Below, piece after piece: positions 51,901 through 62,059 of a stretch of 64,000 nucleotides of DNA. Both the position numbers and the translations under genes were made by a program. The stretch is from positions 43,462,001 through 43,526,000 of the forward strand of contig OZ024744.1 in the NCBI GenBank assembly GCA_964016885.1, in the 5' to 3' direction. The notes under the pieces were generated by a model. It had not been told where the DNA came from and made no database searches. It was given only the letters and a program-made list of their open reading frames with translations. Source of the DNA: Eledone cirrhosa (taxonomy: Eukaryota). Position 1 is the stretch's first letter; each line of letters starts with the position of its first letter.

Positions 51901-52332
51901 CCCGTTCCAGTCGCCCACTAACACTAAAGAGCGGGACGTTCCAAGAAAGGTCTCCAGACGCCGGAAGAAATCAGGCCGCCCTGCTCCTGTCGGGGCATAG
52001 ACGGCCACTAGCCTGAAAGCTTGCCCGTCTCCGCTGGTCACGTCCAGCACCACCAGCTTACCCTCTGGGTCCAGGAAGATGGCCCGTATGGCGAGATCCA
52101 AACCTCTCCGAAAAAGCACAGCAACTCCTCCACCCGATCCAGGACGGTTGGGAGATGCGTACACATCGTAGCCGCCGAAGATCGGTACGAAGGCCCGTGC
52201 TTCGGAGATTCTGGTCTCGCTGATGGCCACTACATCTATGTTTAGTGACCTGAGGTCGTTGAGCAGGTGACCCTGCTTCCATGACGACCCCAAGCCACGC
52301 GCATTTATGCTGCCTATTCTGAGTGAGGTCAT
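48913..52332 (-). CDS. Tx1 ORF2: APE endonuclease + reverse transcriptase (1139 aa)
   Basis: All motifs intact: GSINARGL, SET, GDWN, YLDR, TDH, QGCPLS, YADD, CPRC..H...C. Confidence 0.95.
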   Translation of the reverse strand: MTSLRIGSINARGLGSSWKQGHLLNDLRSLNIDVVAISETRISEARAFVPIFGGYDVYASPNRPGSGGGVAVLFRRGLDLAIRAIFLDPEGKLVVLDVTSGDGQAFRLVAVYAPTGAGRPDFFRRLETFLGTSRSLVLVGDWNGILDARWDCVGLADRGGGCKSLTNLLRRFELSDRYRLDFANVPMWTWTNRIGSSRSYLDRVFCREIDRSSIGCPQFKIVSYTDHKFVICVLDLDRLHRRGPGYWKLNASLPARKAYRDRISELVKRALTGAIVNNKWWFALKRAIRIESIRFSKALAIEKNRAEGELVRKLDEALSKGIATDVLAAKLALDQFFNAKHEGCVVRARVRALRHEGTKAVQWARVAEARRGNKATIRSLVDHDGRMLLDPGQMCEAFQRHFAQLFGGSGGPGRGMDFSVYLDGLPRLSATEAKCCEKPITAAEVREAMTGCTRGKSPGLDGLPYELYVQMPDLFGGLLADVYCNWQQNGRIPSSVSRGAVALLRNDPNKRDNIDNFRPITLLNTEFKILAKVLAKRLALVVGGLVGEAQTCAIPDRSIHDNLHLMRYIVERVAREPGTGGSLINLDQSKAFDRVDHRYLAAVLRAAGFGPVFRGWIAAMHSDICSVVRVNGHLSEPFNIMRSVRQGCPLSSLLYVLTLEPLLHKLETLRGVPRELGCGRSVSAYADDVTVVVSNAKHIEAIGTTLREYEAVTGAMINQEKSVGLRLGTWRGRSMPSNSVVGRWTDGPVKLLGVWFGPDLQTDKNWDEVTSRVASLTQKWAERKLSLKGRAEVANAYIASVICYRLTVVPCPKPRLTVLERLLFRFLWKGRAPLVRRSICCQHPLRGGLGMPWLMMRRHALRLRHLHLFLDGDQVWSPFARRVFPQLVSLTELQSWVKRRPRGSAWRLECLQALTALDQSGNVIGGNSTSAFYRGLVEGKSDDVLGETLGVDENQLANLFGRTFGPGPMDNFQKSLAWQCYRGALPVRDKLYRHGGAVSRACPRCAQGDETVLHALVQCPKIADLWVYVEHLLSRLGRIQLSSESIVRIAPPSSFSREGQAVFICLVAMAKEIVWWTRLKGLKTSTYLFGDALIDFFKFHLKRKIRVEREVLSSQHFVERWVREARMARVNGPTLSIYL

Positions 52333-52367
52333 GTTTAAAATAGAGTGGAAAAGATGGGAAAGACCAC

Positions 52368-54464
52368 TTACCGTACTTTTGGTAGAGGAGGGATGGTTTT
52401 TACATCCCTTTTCACTTGATCGTCTGGTGAAGGGACCGTTGAATCGTCCCTTCGGCTGGTCGTCGGCTCTTCTAAGAGAATGTCTGAGTATACACTTCGA
52501 TTGATGGTTCCTCCTAGGTCCCTGAAATCACCAACTGCGTTGGGGAATTTCGTTTTAATGTTTGTGTATTGTTTCTGTGCTATTTTTAGCAGTCTTATGT
52601 TAGTTGGCGTTTTGATTGGTGCTGGTATTATGTAGTCCTGTTGTGAAATGTCTGTGTGTTCAATTATGTAAGTCATTAGTTTCTTGTTGTGTGTATTTAT
52701 TGCCGTGCATTTGTTTTTCTGGGGGTGGGGTGTGGTTCTGCTATTTTCTTGTCGTTGTTGCTGGGTGTGTGTGTTTTGTTGTTGTGTTTGCGATGTTGGT
52801 GCTTGTGGTGGTGGTGTTGAAGGTGTTGTTGGCGGTGGGGTTGTCGCCGGTGGTGATGGTGGTGCTAGTGTGGGTGGTGATGGTGTTGGTGTTGTTGCTG
52901 CTGTGGGTCTCTTTGCAGTAGACTTTACCCTTTTCTCATTTCTTTCCTCCCTTTTCAAAGGCGACGATGCGCTGCTTCTGCGTTTGTGCCTTCTTACGAC
53001 CTTTTGCCATCTCTCTCCCACCTCACACTCCATGTCTGATTCTGTGAGGTCGGGGAGGGGTACCAACTCCACTCTTTCACTTGTTGTTGTTGGTGATGTT
53101 TGCACTGGAGTCTCTGTTGCAGCTGCATTTGGTATTGCTGTTGTTGTTGTTAGTATTTCCACTGCTGCTGCTGTTTTTGATTTCCGTGGAGTGGGTATGG
53201 GTGCCACGGGCCTATCGTTCCTGGTTGCCGCTTGTCCTGTTGCTGGTAGCCGTGGAGCCGGATTCGGAAGGAGGGGGGTTTTCTCCTTTCTCAGGGTCTT
53301 CTCGTTGCAGAAGGCCCTGAGGTGAGTCTTCGATCCACAGCGAAAGCATTTCGGGCGTTTGCCCTCAACACTTATGGGCAGTTGAGTGCCGTTATCGAAG
53401 TCTATCACATCCGGGATAGCTTCGATGCACTCCTGGTTGGTTTGGATTAGCATCTCAATGGAGGAGCCGACCCAATCTTCTCTTACTTTTTTCTGTACTT
53501 GCAGTACAGTTGTTTTGTCCTCGATTCCGACGAGGACAGACGCGGCCAGCCAAGAAGGGGTCATTCCGGGGGGGACGTGGGTCAGTTTGACCCTCACAAT
53601 TTTTTGCCCACAGTAGGAGGGCACCAACACCATTTCCTCGCTCCTTAGGGTCACTACTGATTGGGCCTTTGCCTCCTGGGGTGTGGCAAAAAGTACGTCT
53701 ACAGTGGCATATTTTTTGCCTCGGGTGATGTGCGTTTTCCGCTGCCACACAGACCCCAAGGCTTTTTGTATTTGGGCCTCTGTGGCTCTTTCCACCCTAC
53801 GGGATTTTGTACTTACTGTACGGTACGTGACCGTACAGTGCTCTTGGGTTTCGAAAAAATGTTTCGCTGCCTTGCAGATTGCTCGGTGTCCGTTCTTTGT
53901 CACCATCTTCTTCGCTTCCTCTAATTCCTCATTTGTTATGAGGATTGTTTCCAAGTTTTTCGCAATACCTGCAAATGAGATTGGTTTTTCTCTGCTGTTG
54001 TTGTTGTCGTCAGAGCTGCTGGTACTTTTGTTGTTGCTGCAGGTACTACGACTACTGCCTCCGCCGCTGTTGCTGTGGTTGTTGTTGGTGTTGCTGCTGC
54101 TAATGCTGTTGTTGTTTATGCTGCTGGTGATGCTGTTGCGGCTGCTACTGTTGTTTTCATTGTCACTGTTGCTGTTGTTATTACGGCTGCTACTGCTATT
54201 ATTCCTGACGTCAGACGAATGAACTGGGTTTTCGTATTTCCCGCACACCTGTTTCGTCGCTGTCGTCGTCGTCGTGGAGAAACCTTGCACGCTTTGCACG
54301 AGACTTTTCTTTTCTTTCGTCACTTGCGAAAGAGAAGGGAGGGAGAGAGACACATTTAAAGAAGGGAGGGAGAGAGACAATCTTCTCTCTGCTGTAGTGA
54401 TGATTGAGGAAGAAGAAGACGGAATGAGTGGGAGTGACGTATGAAATTTCTTTTTCGTAGCCAT
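52368..54464 (-). CDS. Tx1 ORF1 (698 aa): Ser/Asn-rich N-terminus, probable RNA-binding core, CCHC knuckle, Pro/Thr linker, conserved C-terminal domain
   Basis: Open frame ending 35 bp upstream of ORF2; CFRCGSKTHLRAFC; homologous pieces in the other four Tx1 copies. Confidence 0.9.
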   Translation of the reverse strand: MATKKKFHTSLPLIPSSSSSIITTAERRLSLSLPSLNVSLSLPSLSQVTKEKKSLVQSVQGFSTTTTTATKQVCGKYENPVHSSDVRNNSSSSRNNNSNSDNENNSSSRNSITSSINNNSISSSNTNNNHSNSGGGSSRSTCSNNKSTSSSDDNNNSREKPISFAGIAKNLETILITNEELEEAKKMVTKNGHRAICKAAKHFFETQEHCTVTYRTVSTKSRRVERATEAQIQKALGSVWQRKTHITRGKKYATVDVLFATPQEAKAQSVVTLRSEEMVLVPSYCGQKIVRVKLTHVPPGMTPSWLAASVLVGIEDKTTVLQVQKKVREDWVGSSIEMLIQTNQECIEAIPDVIDFDNGTQLPISVEGKRPKCFRCGSKTHLRAFCNEKTLRKEKTPLLPNPAPRLPATGQAATRNDRPVAPIPTPRKSKTAAAVEILTTTTAIPNAAATETPVQTSPTTTSERVELVPLPDLTESDMECEVGERWQKVVRRHKRRSSASSPLKREERNEKRVKSTAKRPTAATTPTPSPPTLAPPSPPATTPPPTTPSTPPPQAPTSQTQQQNTHTQQQRQENSRTTPHPQKNKCTAINTHNKKLMTYIIEHTDISQQDYIIPAPIKTPTNIRLLKIAQKQYTNIKTKFPNAVGDFRDLGGTINRSVYSDILLEEPTTSRRDDSTVPSPDDQVKRDVKTIPPLPKVR

Positions 54465-54730
54465 ATTGTTTTTTTGTTTAAAATGAATATTGGGTACAAA
54501 ACCCCAATAACTGGTTATTTAACCCCGAAGGGCCAAATAACGGACAGAAAGACCCCTCTCACGAGGAGGAGGGTGTCTTTATCAACAATTTGGTTCAAGT
54601 TTTAAACAATTTACAATTGTTTTAACGGTTAAAAATTACTATACCTTACAGAGCCGAGCCTCCGTCAACCATGGCATTCAATAATAATAATAATAATGAT
54701 TTCTTTATTGGCCACAATTAATAATAATAA

Positions 54731-54916
54731 TTGTTTCTACTTTAGGCACAAGGCCAGCAATTACCTAGTGCATTACTGGTACTTTATTTTATCGACCCCA
54801 TAAGGATGAAAGGCAAAGTTAACCTCGGCGGGATTTGAACTCAGATCGTAAAGGGACGTAACTATGCTGGAAAGGATGGCGTCCGACCCTCTACCGATAC
54901 TGCCAATCCACCGCCC
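54731..54916 (-). mobile_element. tRNA-derived SINE, identical to 48442-48627
   Basis: Base-for-base match by eye. Confidence 0.9.
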
Positions 54917-54944
<28 letters not shown>

Positions 54945-54948
<4 letters not shown>

Positions 54949-57900
54949 TCTTTATTGACCACAAGCCTATTAAAAAAGCCACGGTGACCCTGACCACCAG
55001 GGCAAGTGCCCTTCAATTTACAGGCACATACTCAGAGTAGGTCCATTCACTTGGGCCATTCTTGCCTCTCTCACCCATCTTTCAACAAAATGATGGGAAG
55101 AGAGCACTTCCCTCTCTACCCTGATTTTTCCTTTTCAAATAAAATTTGTAAAAGTTAATCAGGGCATCAGCGAAGAGGTAAATGCTCGTCTTCAGCCCTT
55201 TCAGACGCGTCCACCATACTATCTCTTTCGATATGGCCACCAGAGAGATAAAAAAATGCCTGTCCTTCCCGGCTAAAGGAAGAGGGCGACGAAATCCTCA
55301 CGATGGATCTGTTCTACACGCGACATAAAACCACAAGTCAGCAATGCTCGGAAACTGGACGAGTGCGTGCAGGACGGTTTCGTCGCCCTGCGCGCATCTC
55401 GGACATGCCCGATTGACGCCACTTCCATGCCTGTAGAGTTTATCCCGAACTGGTAAAGCTCCTCGGTAGCACTGCCAGGCCAGGGATTTCTGAAAATTGT
55501 CCATAGGCCCCGGCCCGAAAGATCTTCCGAAGAGATTGGCTAGTTGATTTTCGTCGACGCCTAGATTTTCCCCAAGTACGTCATCGCTCTTTCCCTCGAC
55601 TAACCCTCTATAGAACGCCAAGGTTGAGTTTCCAGCGATGGTATTGACCGAGTGGTCGAGTGTTGTAAGAGCCTGAAGACATTCTAGTCAGCAAGCACTT
55701 CCTCTCGGTCTTCGCTTAACCCAGGACTGCAGCTCCGCCAAGGAGACTAGCTGGGGCAACATGTGTTTAACAAACGGCGACCACACCTGATCATCGTCGA
55801 GGAAGAGGTGGAGATGCCGTAGCCTGAGCGCGTCCCTTCCACAAAAACCGAAAGAGCAAACGCTCCAGCGTAGTCAGCCGAGGCTTAGGACAAGGCACGA
55901 CGGTCAGGTGGTAGTAGATGACGGACGCGATGTATGCATTCTCCCCGTCCACTCGACCTTTCAGGGATAGCGTCCTCTCCGCCCATTTCTGGGTGAGAGA
56001 AGCCACCCTGCTCGTCACATCGTCCCAGTTTTTGTCCGTCTGGAGGTCCGGACCGAACCAGACCCCTAGCAATTTAACCGGTCCGTCCGTCCAGCGCCCG
56101 ACGAAGCTGATGGACGGCATGGACCTGCCACTCCAGGTGCCGAGCTGCAGGCCCACAGACTTTTCCTGGTTGATCATTGCTCCTTTCACCGCTTCGTATT
56201 CTCTTAGTGTAGTGCCGATCGCCTCGATGTGTTTGGCGTTCGACACCACAACGGTGACATCCTCCGCATATGCTGATACGGATCTTCCGCATCCTAGTTT
56301 GCGCGGGACCCCCTCAACGTCTCCAATTTGTGCAGTAATGGCTCGAGAGTCAATACGTACAAGGAGGACGAGGGGGGATATCCTTGGCGGACCTAACGCA
56401 TGATGTTGAACGGTTCCGAAAGGTGACCGTTCACTCTCACCACAGAGCAGATGTCGCTGTGCATGGCAGCGATCCAGCCTCTGAAGACGGGCCCAAAGCC
56501 AGCCGCCCTTAGGACTACCGCTAGGTAACGATGGTCGACCCTATCGAAAGCTTTCGACTGATCTAAATTGATCAAGGACCCACCCGTGCCAGGTTCCCTA
56601 GCTACTCTCTCCACGATGTATCGCATGAGGTGGAGGTTGTCGTGGATGGATCTGTCTGGAATGGCGCATGTCTGCGCCTCTCCCACCAGACCACCAATGA
56701 CAAGCGCCAACCTCTTTGCTAGCACCTTGGCCAAAATCTTGAACTCTGTGTTTAGAAGAGTTATGGGCTTGAAGTTATCGATAACACCCCCCTTGTTCGG
56801 GTCTTTTTTCAGCAACGCCACCGCTCCCCGGCTCACAAAACTAGGAATGCCCCCGTTCTGCTGCCAGTTGCAGTAGACGTCTGCTAAGAGGTCACCGAAC
56901 AAGTCTGGCATAAATGCATAAAGCTCGTAGGGCAGACCATCTAAACCTGGCGATTTACCCCTTGTGCAGTTAGCCATCGCTTCCCGTATTTCACCGGCTG
57001 TTATTGGTTTTTCGCAACACTGTGCTGCAGTCGTCGAGAGCGGAGGCAGTCCGTCCGTCGAGGTGTGCGCTGAAGTCCATACGTCGATCCGGCCCGCCGC
57101 TGCTTCCGAACAGTTCACAAAGTGCTGCTGAAAAGCCTCACACATCTCCTCGGGATCGAGCAACACGCGCCCGTTTTGGTCAGACAAAGACCGAATTGTG
57201 GCTTTGTTGCCACGTCGCGCCTCTGCCACCCGGGCCCATTGGACGGCTTTTGTCCCCTCATGGTTCAAAGCACGCGCTCTAGCTCTGACAACGCAGCCTT
57301 CGTGTTTTGCGTTGAAGAATTGGTCGAGTGCCAATCTCGTCGCAAACACGTCGGTTGCGATGCCTGTCCTAAACACCTCTTCTAGCTTTCTGACTAGCTC
57401 TCCCTCTACTCTATTTTCCTCTATACCTAGTCCTTTGCTAAACCTAATCGACTCTACTTTCATTGCCCTTTTCAGGGCGAACCACCACCTGTTGTTGACG
57501 ACCGCTCCTGTCAACGCCCGCTTAACTAATACGCTAATCCGGTCTCTGTAGGCTTGCGCGCCGGGAAAGACGCGTTCAGCTTCCAGTAACCGGGTCCTTG
57601 TCTATGAAGTCTGTCTATGTCGATCTCACAGATCACAAATGTGTGGTCTGTGTAGTGGACTATTTTAAATTGTAGACAACTTATACTAGCCTTATTTAGT
57701 TCTCTGCAGAATACCCTATCGAGATACGATCTGGATGACCCGATACGGTTTGTCCATGTCCACATTGGCACATTCGGGTGATCCAGTCGATACCTGTCAG
57801 ACAGTTCAAAACGTCTGAGCAGGTTGGTGAGGCTCTTGCACCCTCCTCCCCTATCCACTAGCCCCAGACAATCCCAGCTTGCATCCAAGATACCGTTCCA

Positions 57901-60692
57901 GTCGCCAACTAACACTAAAGAGTGGGACGTTCCAAGAAAGGTCTCTAGACGTCTGAAGAAATCTGGCCGTACTGCCCCTGTCTGGGCGTAGACGGCTACT
58001 AGCCTGAAAGCATTGCCTTCGCTGCCGGTCACGTCCAACACCAGCGACTTACCTTCTGGGTCCAGGAAGATGGCCCGTATGGCGAGATCCAAGCCTCTCC
58101 GAAAAAGGACGGCAACCCCTCCCCCCGATCCTGGACGGCTGGGAGATGCGTATACATCGTAGCCGCCGAAGATCGGTGCGAAGATCGGTGCGAAGGCTCG
58201 TGCTTCGGAGATTCTGGTCTCGTTGATGGCGACCAGATCTATGTTTAGTGACCCGAGGTCGTTGAGCAGGTGACCCTGCTTCCAAGATGACACCAGGCCA
58301 CGTGCATTTATACTGCCTATTCTAAGTACGGCCATGTTGGATGAAAAACGGGGCAAGTGAGAAAGGGTCACTTACCTTGATCATGTAGTGAAGGGACAGT
58401 AGAACCGTCCCTTTGGCTGGTCATGGGGGTTTCCAAGAGGACGTCAGTGAATATCCTCTTGGTAACCGACCCTCTGAAGTCTCCAACTGCGTTGGGGAAT
58501 TTTTGTTTTAAAAGTTTGTACTGTTCTATTTTGATATCAATGATGCTTATGTTTGTCGGGAGAGTTCTTGGTGTTGGTGGGGTGTAGTAGTTTTTTTCTG
58601 TGATGTCTGTGTGCTGCTTTATATGTCGTATGAGTTCTTTATTTGCCATGTTTGGCTGTGTACTTTTTGGGGGGAGGGGTGATGTTGTTGCTGTTTTCTT
58701 CTTGTTACTGTTTGGTGTGTGTGTTTTGTTGTGTTTGCATTGTTGGTGTTTTTGGTGATACTGGTGGTGGTGTGGTTGTTGTTGGCGGTGGTGCTTGTGG
58801 TGGTGATGGTGATGGTGATGGTGGTGGTGTTGCTGCAAGTCTCCTTGCAGCCTTTACCTTTCTTTGTGTGCCTTCGCTTTTGGAGGGCGATGCTAAGGTT
58901 TTTTTGTTTTTTTTTTGTTTTTGTGGCAGACCGTTTGCCACTTCACTCCCGTCTCAGACTCCAAGTTGGATTCCGTAGCGTCTGGGAGGGGTATGTGCTC
59001 CACGGCTGTTGGTGGAGGAAGTGGAGCCCTTTCCGGCAATATTGTTGCTGGTGCAGCTACTTCAAATGTAGCCATTGTGTTGCCGCCACTGATGCTGCTG
59101 CTTTAGTTATCCGTGGCCTTGGTACCGGTGCCACGGACGTTGCCCTCCTACTCACCGTGGAAGGGGCTTCTGCGTTAGTTGCCTGCCCTGCTCTTGGTAG
59201 CAGCGGACCAGGTATTGGAAGGAGAGGGGCCTTCTTCTTCGCTGTCTTCTGCAGGCAAAAGGCCCTGAGGTGACCCTTTGATCCACGCTTATAGGGAGAT
59301 GGAGTCCTTCCTTGGGGATAGCGTCGATACACTCCACGTCAGTTTGTATAAGCCTTTGCATGCCTATACCTGACCAGTTCTCTCTCCCTATTTTCTCTAC
59401 TTGCAGCATGGTCGTCCTGTCCTCGATTCCAGCAAGGACAGACGCGGCCAGCCAAGGTATGGGCACGTCGGGTGGGACCTGGGTCACTTTGACCCTCACA
59501 ATTTTTTGCCCGCAGTAGGAGGGCACCAAGACTATCTCCTCACTCTTTAGGGTTTGCAAAGAGTGAGACTTCGCTTCTTGGGAGGTAGCGAAAAGTACGT
59601 CTTCTGTGGCGTACTTTCTGCCTCATGTGATGTGGGATTTGCCGCTTAACAAAAGGGTGACATTGCTCATCTAGAAAACACACTTGGTGTTTTTTAAGCT
59701 CTTTGTTTGCAAACAAACCGAATATTATGATATTATTATAATCTTGTTTCTACTTTTTGGCACACAGTTCTGGATTTGGGCTTCCGTTGTTCTCTCCACA
59801 TGAGGCGATTTCGAGGCAATTGTGAGGTATGACACTGTGCGTCGTTCTTGTTCCTCCAGGAAGTCGGTTGGTGGTTTCAAGGACACTGAAAATTCAGTTC
59901 TGGTTAGCATGTGTCTTGCGACCGCCATCTCCTCCTCTGCGACCAGGACTGTTTCTACGTTGCGAGCCACCTTTGCAAAAGAGATGGTCTCTTTTTCAGT
60001 GGCATCACTGTTGCCACCGCTACAGCTGCTACTGCTCTTGTTGTTGGTACTGTTGCTGTTGCTACTGCTACAAATGGTGTTGTTGGTGCTGTTGCTGTTG
60101 CTGCTACTACAAATGGTGTTGTTGGTGTTGTTGCTGTTATCACTGTTGCAGTTGATTGTGTCTTTGGTGTCACCGCTGTTGTTGTTCTCGGTACAGTTTT
60201 TATTGTTGCTGTTGGTGTTGTCGCTATTTATTTTCTTGTTAATGGTGTGAATATCGTTGTTGCATTTGTCATTTTTTCTGTTGTCTGTATCTTGGTTGTC
60301 CCTGTTACTGTTGTGGTTGGTGTGGTTATTTTTTTCAAAATTAGTGTTCTCAGTGTTGTTGTCATTGCTGTCTTTGTTCACGTTATTTGTGGTGGTGCTT
60401 GTATCAATTTCTGTGTTCGCCGTAACCCTCCTCTCAACTTTTACGTCGTTGTTACACAACAGCAGACATGTCACACGACAGCAGACATCACGGGGGGACG
60501 CGGCTCAACCATGTTTACTTTTCGATAATTTTTAAAAGTAACAAGTTCAAATATTTGGGACAAAAGGCCCAAAAATTAAACTTTCCCCTTCACTTATATC
60601 CCTTACACAACAATAACATTTAACAATAAATGATTTATGACAGGTAAATAAAGAGATTTACGAGAGCGAGCAAACAGACGTCCGAGCAGCCC
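54945..60692 (-). mobile_element. Full-length decayed Tx1-type LINE with a third ORF1/5' end type
   Basis: ORF2 pieces 57526-58336, 56393-57514, 55791-56249 and 55298-55621; ORF1 pieces ~60510-58368; several deletions; (AAT)n at both ends. Confidence 0.88.
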
Positions 60693-60700
60693 AATAATAA

Positions 60701-61444
60701 TTGTTTCTACTTTTGGCACAAGACCAGCAATTACCCAGTGCATTACTGGTACTTTATTTTATCGATCCCGTAAGGATGAAAGGCAAAGTTAACCTCGGCG
60801 GGATTTGAACTCAGAATGGCAAGGGCCGTAACTATATACGTCAAAGCATAGCGTCCGACCCTCTACCGATACTGCCAATCCACCGACAATGCCAATAATA
60901 ATGATTTATACTTTAGGCACAAGGCCAGTAATTTGAAGGGGAGGGGGAAAAGTCGATTAAATCGAACCCAGTGCATTACTGGTGCTTTATTTCATCGACC
61001 CCGGAAGGATGGGAGGCAAAGTTAACCTCGGCGGGATTTGAACTCAGACCGTAAAGGGCCGTAACTCTATGCTGAAAAGCATGGTGTCCGACTCTCTACC
61101 GCTACTGCCAATCCACCGCCCTTTAATAATAATAATGGTTTCTTATATAGGCAAAAGGCCAGCAATTTTTTTGGGGGGGAGGGAAAAGTCGATGAAATTG
61201 ACCCCAATGCGTGACTGGTATTTTATTTTATCGACCCCGTAAGTATGAAAAGCAAAGTTAACCTCGGCGGGATTTGGACTCAGAATGGCAAGGGACGTAA
61301 CTATGCTGCAAACCGTCTAACCCTCTACCGATGAGTTCAAATTCTACCGAGGTTATCTTTGCCTTTCATCCTTACGGGGTCGATAAGATAAAGTACCAGT
61401 AATGTACTGGGTAATTACTGGCCTTGTGCCAAAAGTAGAAACAA
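60701..61444. mobile_element. Cluster of four SINE copies: 60701-60885(-), 60902-61121(-), 61137-61332(-), 61332-61444(+)
   Basis: Each has the ttatcgacccc..ggatgaaaggcaaagttaacctcggcgggatttgaactcag core or its complement; AAT spacers between the minus copies. Confidence 0.88.
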
Positions 61445-61569
61445 TTATTATAATATTATCATTATTCACTCACAAATACATTGATGTATGGATTCGCAAT
61501 CATGAGGTTGTGATTTCGATTCCCGGATCGGGACGTCTGGGATCTTGTTGATCGACTGTCATCTGTCGA

Positions 61570-61907
<338 letters not shown>

Positions 61908-61980
61908 GAGCGGAGCAAGCAATTATCAAACAATCTTTTAAATAAATTAAAAAACGATTTAAATATTCACCTGTTCTATT

Positions 61981-62059
61981 GCTGTTACCGACAGTTTCAC
62001 TAATCCAAAGATTGGAAAACAGAGAATTTGCAATGGAAAGAATTAGACCTTTAGACAGC
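61981..62059 (-). ncRNA. Mutated (probably inactive) hammerhead copy
   Basis: Same fold but core reads CTAAAGG instead of CTGAAGA. Confidence 0.6.

Larger units (their letters stand above)
48650..54679 (-). mobile_element. Full-length, apparently intact Tx1-type LINE, subfamily A copy 3
   Basis: Both ORFs open; 5' GAATGCCATGG; 3' AATAAAGAAATC then (ATT)n. Confidence 0.96.

Noticed and set aside
21416-53325. Recurrent antisense ORFs over Tx1 ORF1/ORF2
   Set aside because: Shadow frames repeated because the copies are near-identical; lengths vary and no domains
61490-61530. B-box-like fragment (gatttcgattcccgga) of another SINE
   Set aside because: Too short and degenerate to call
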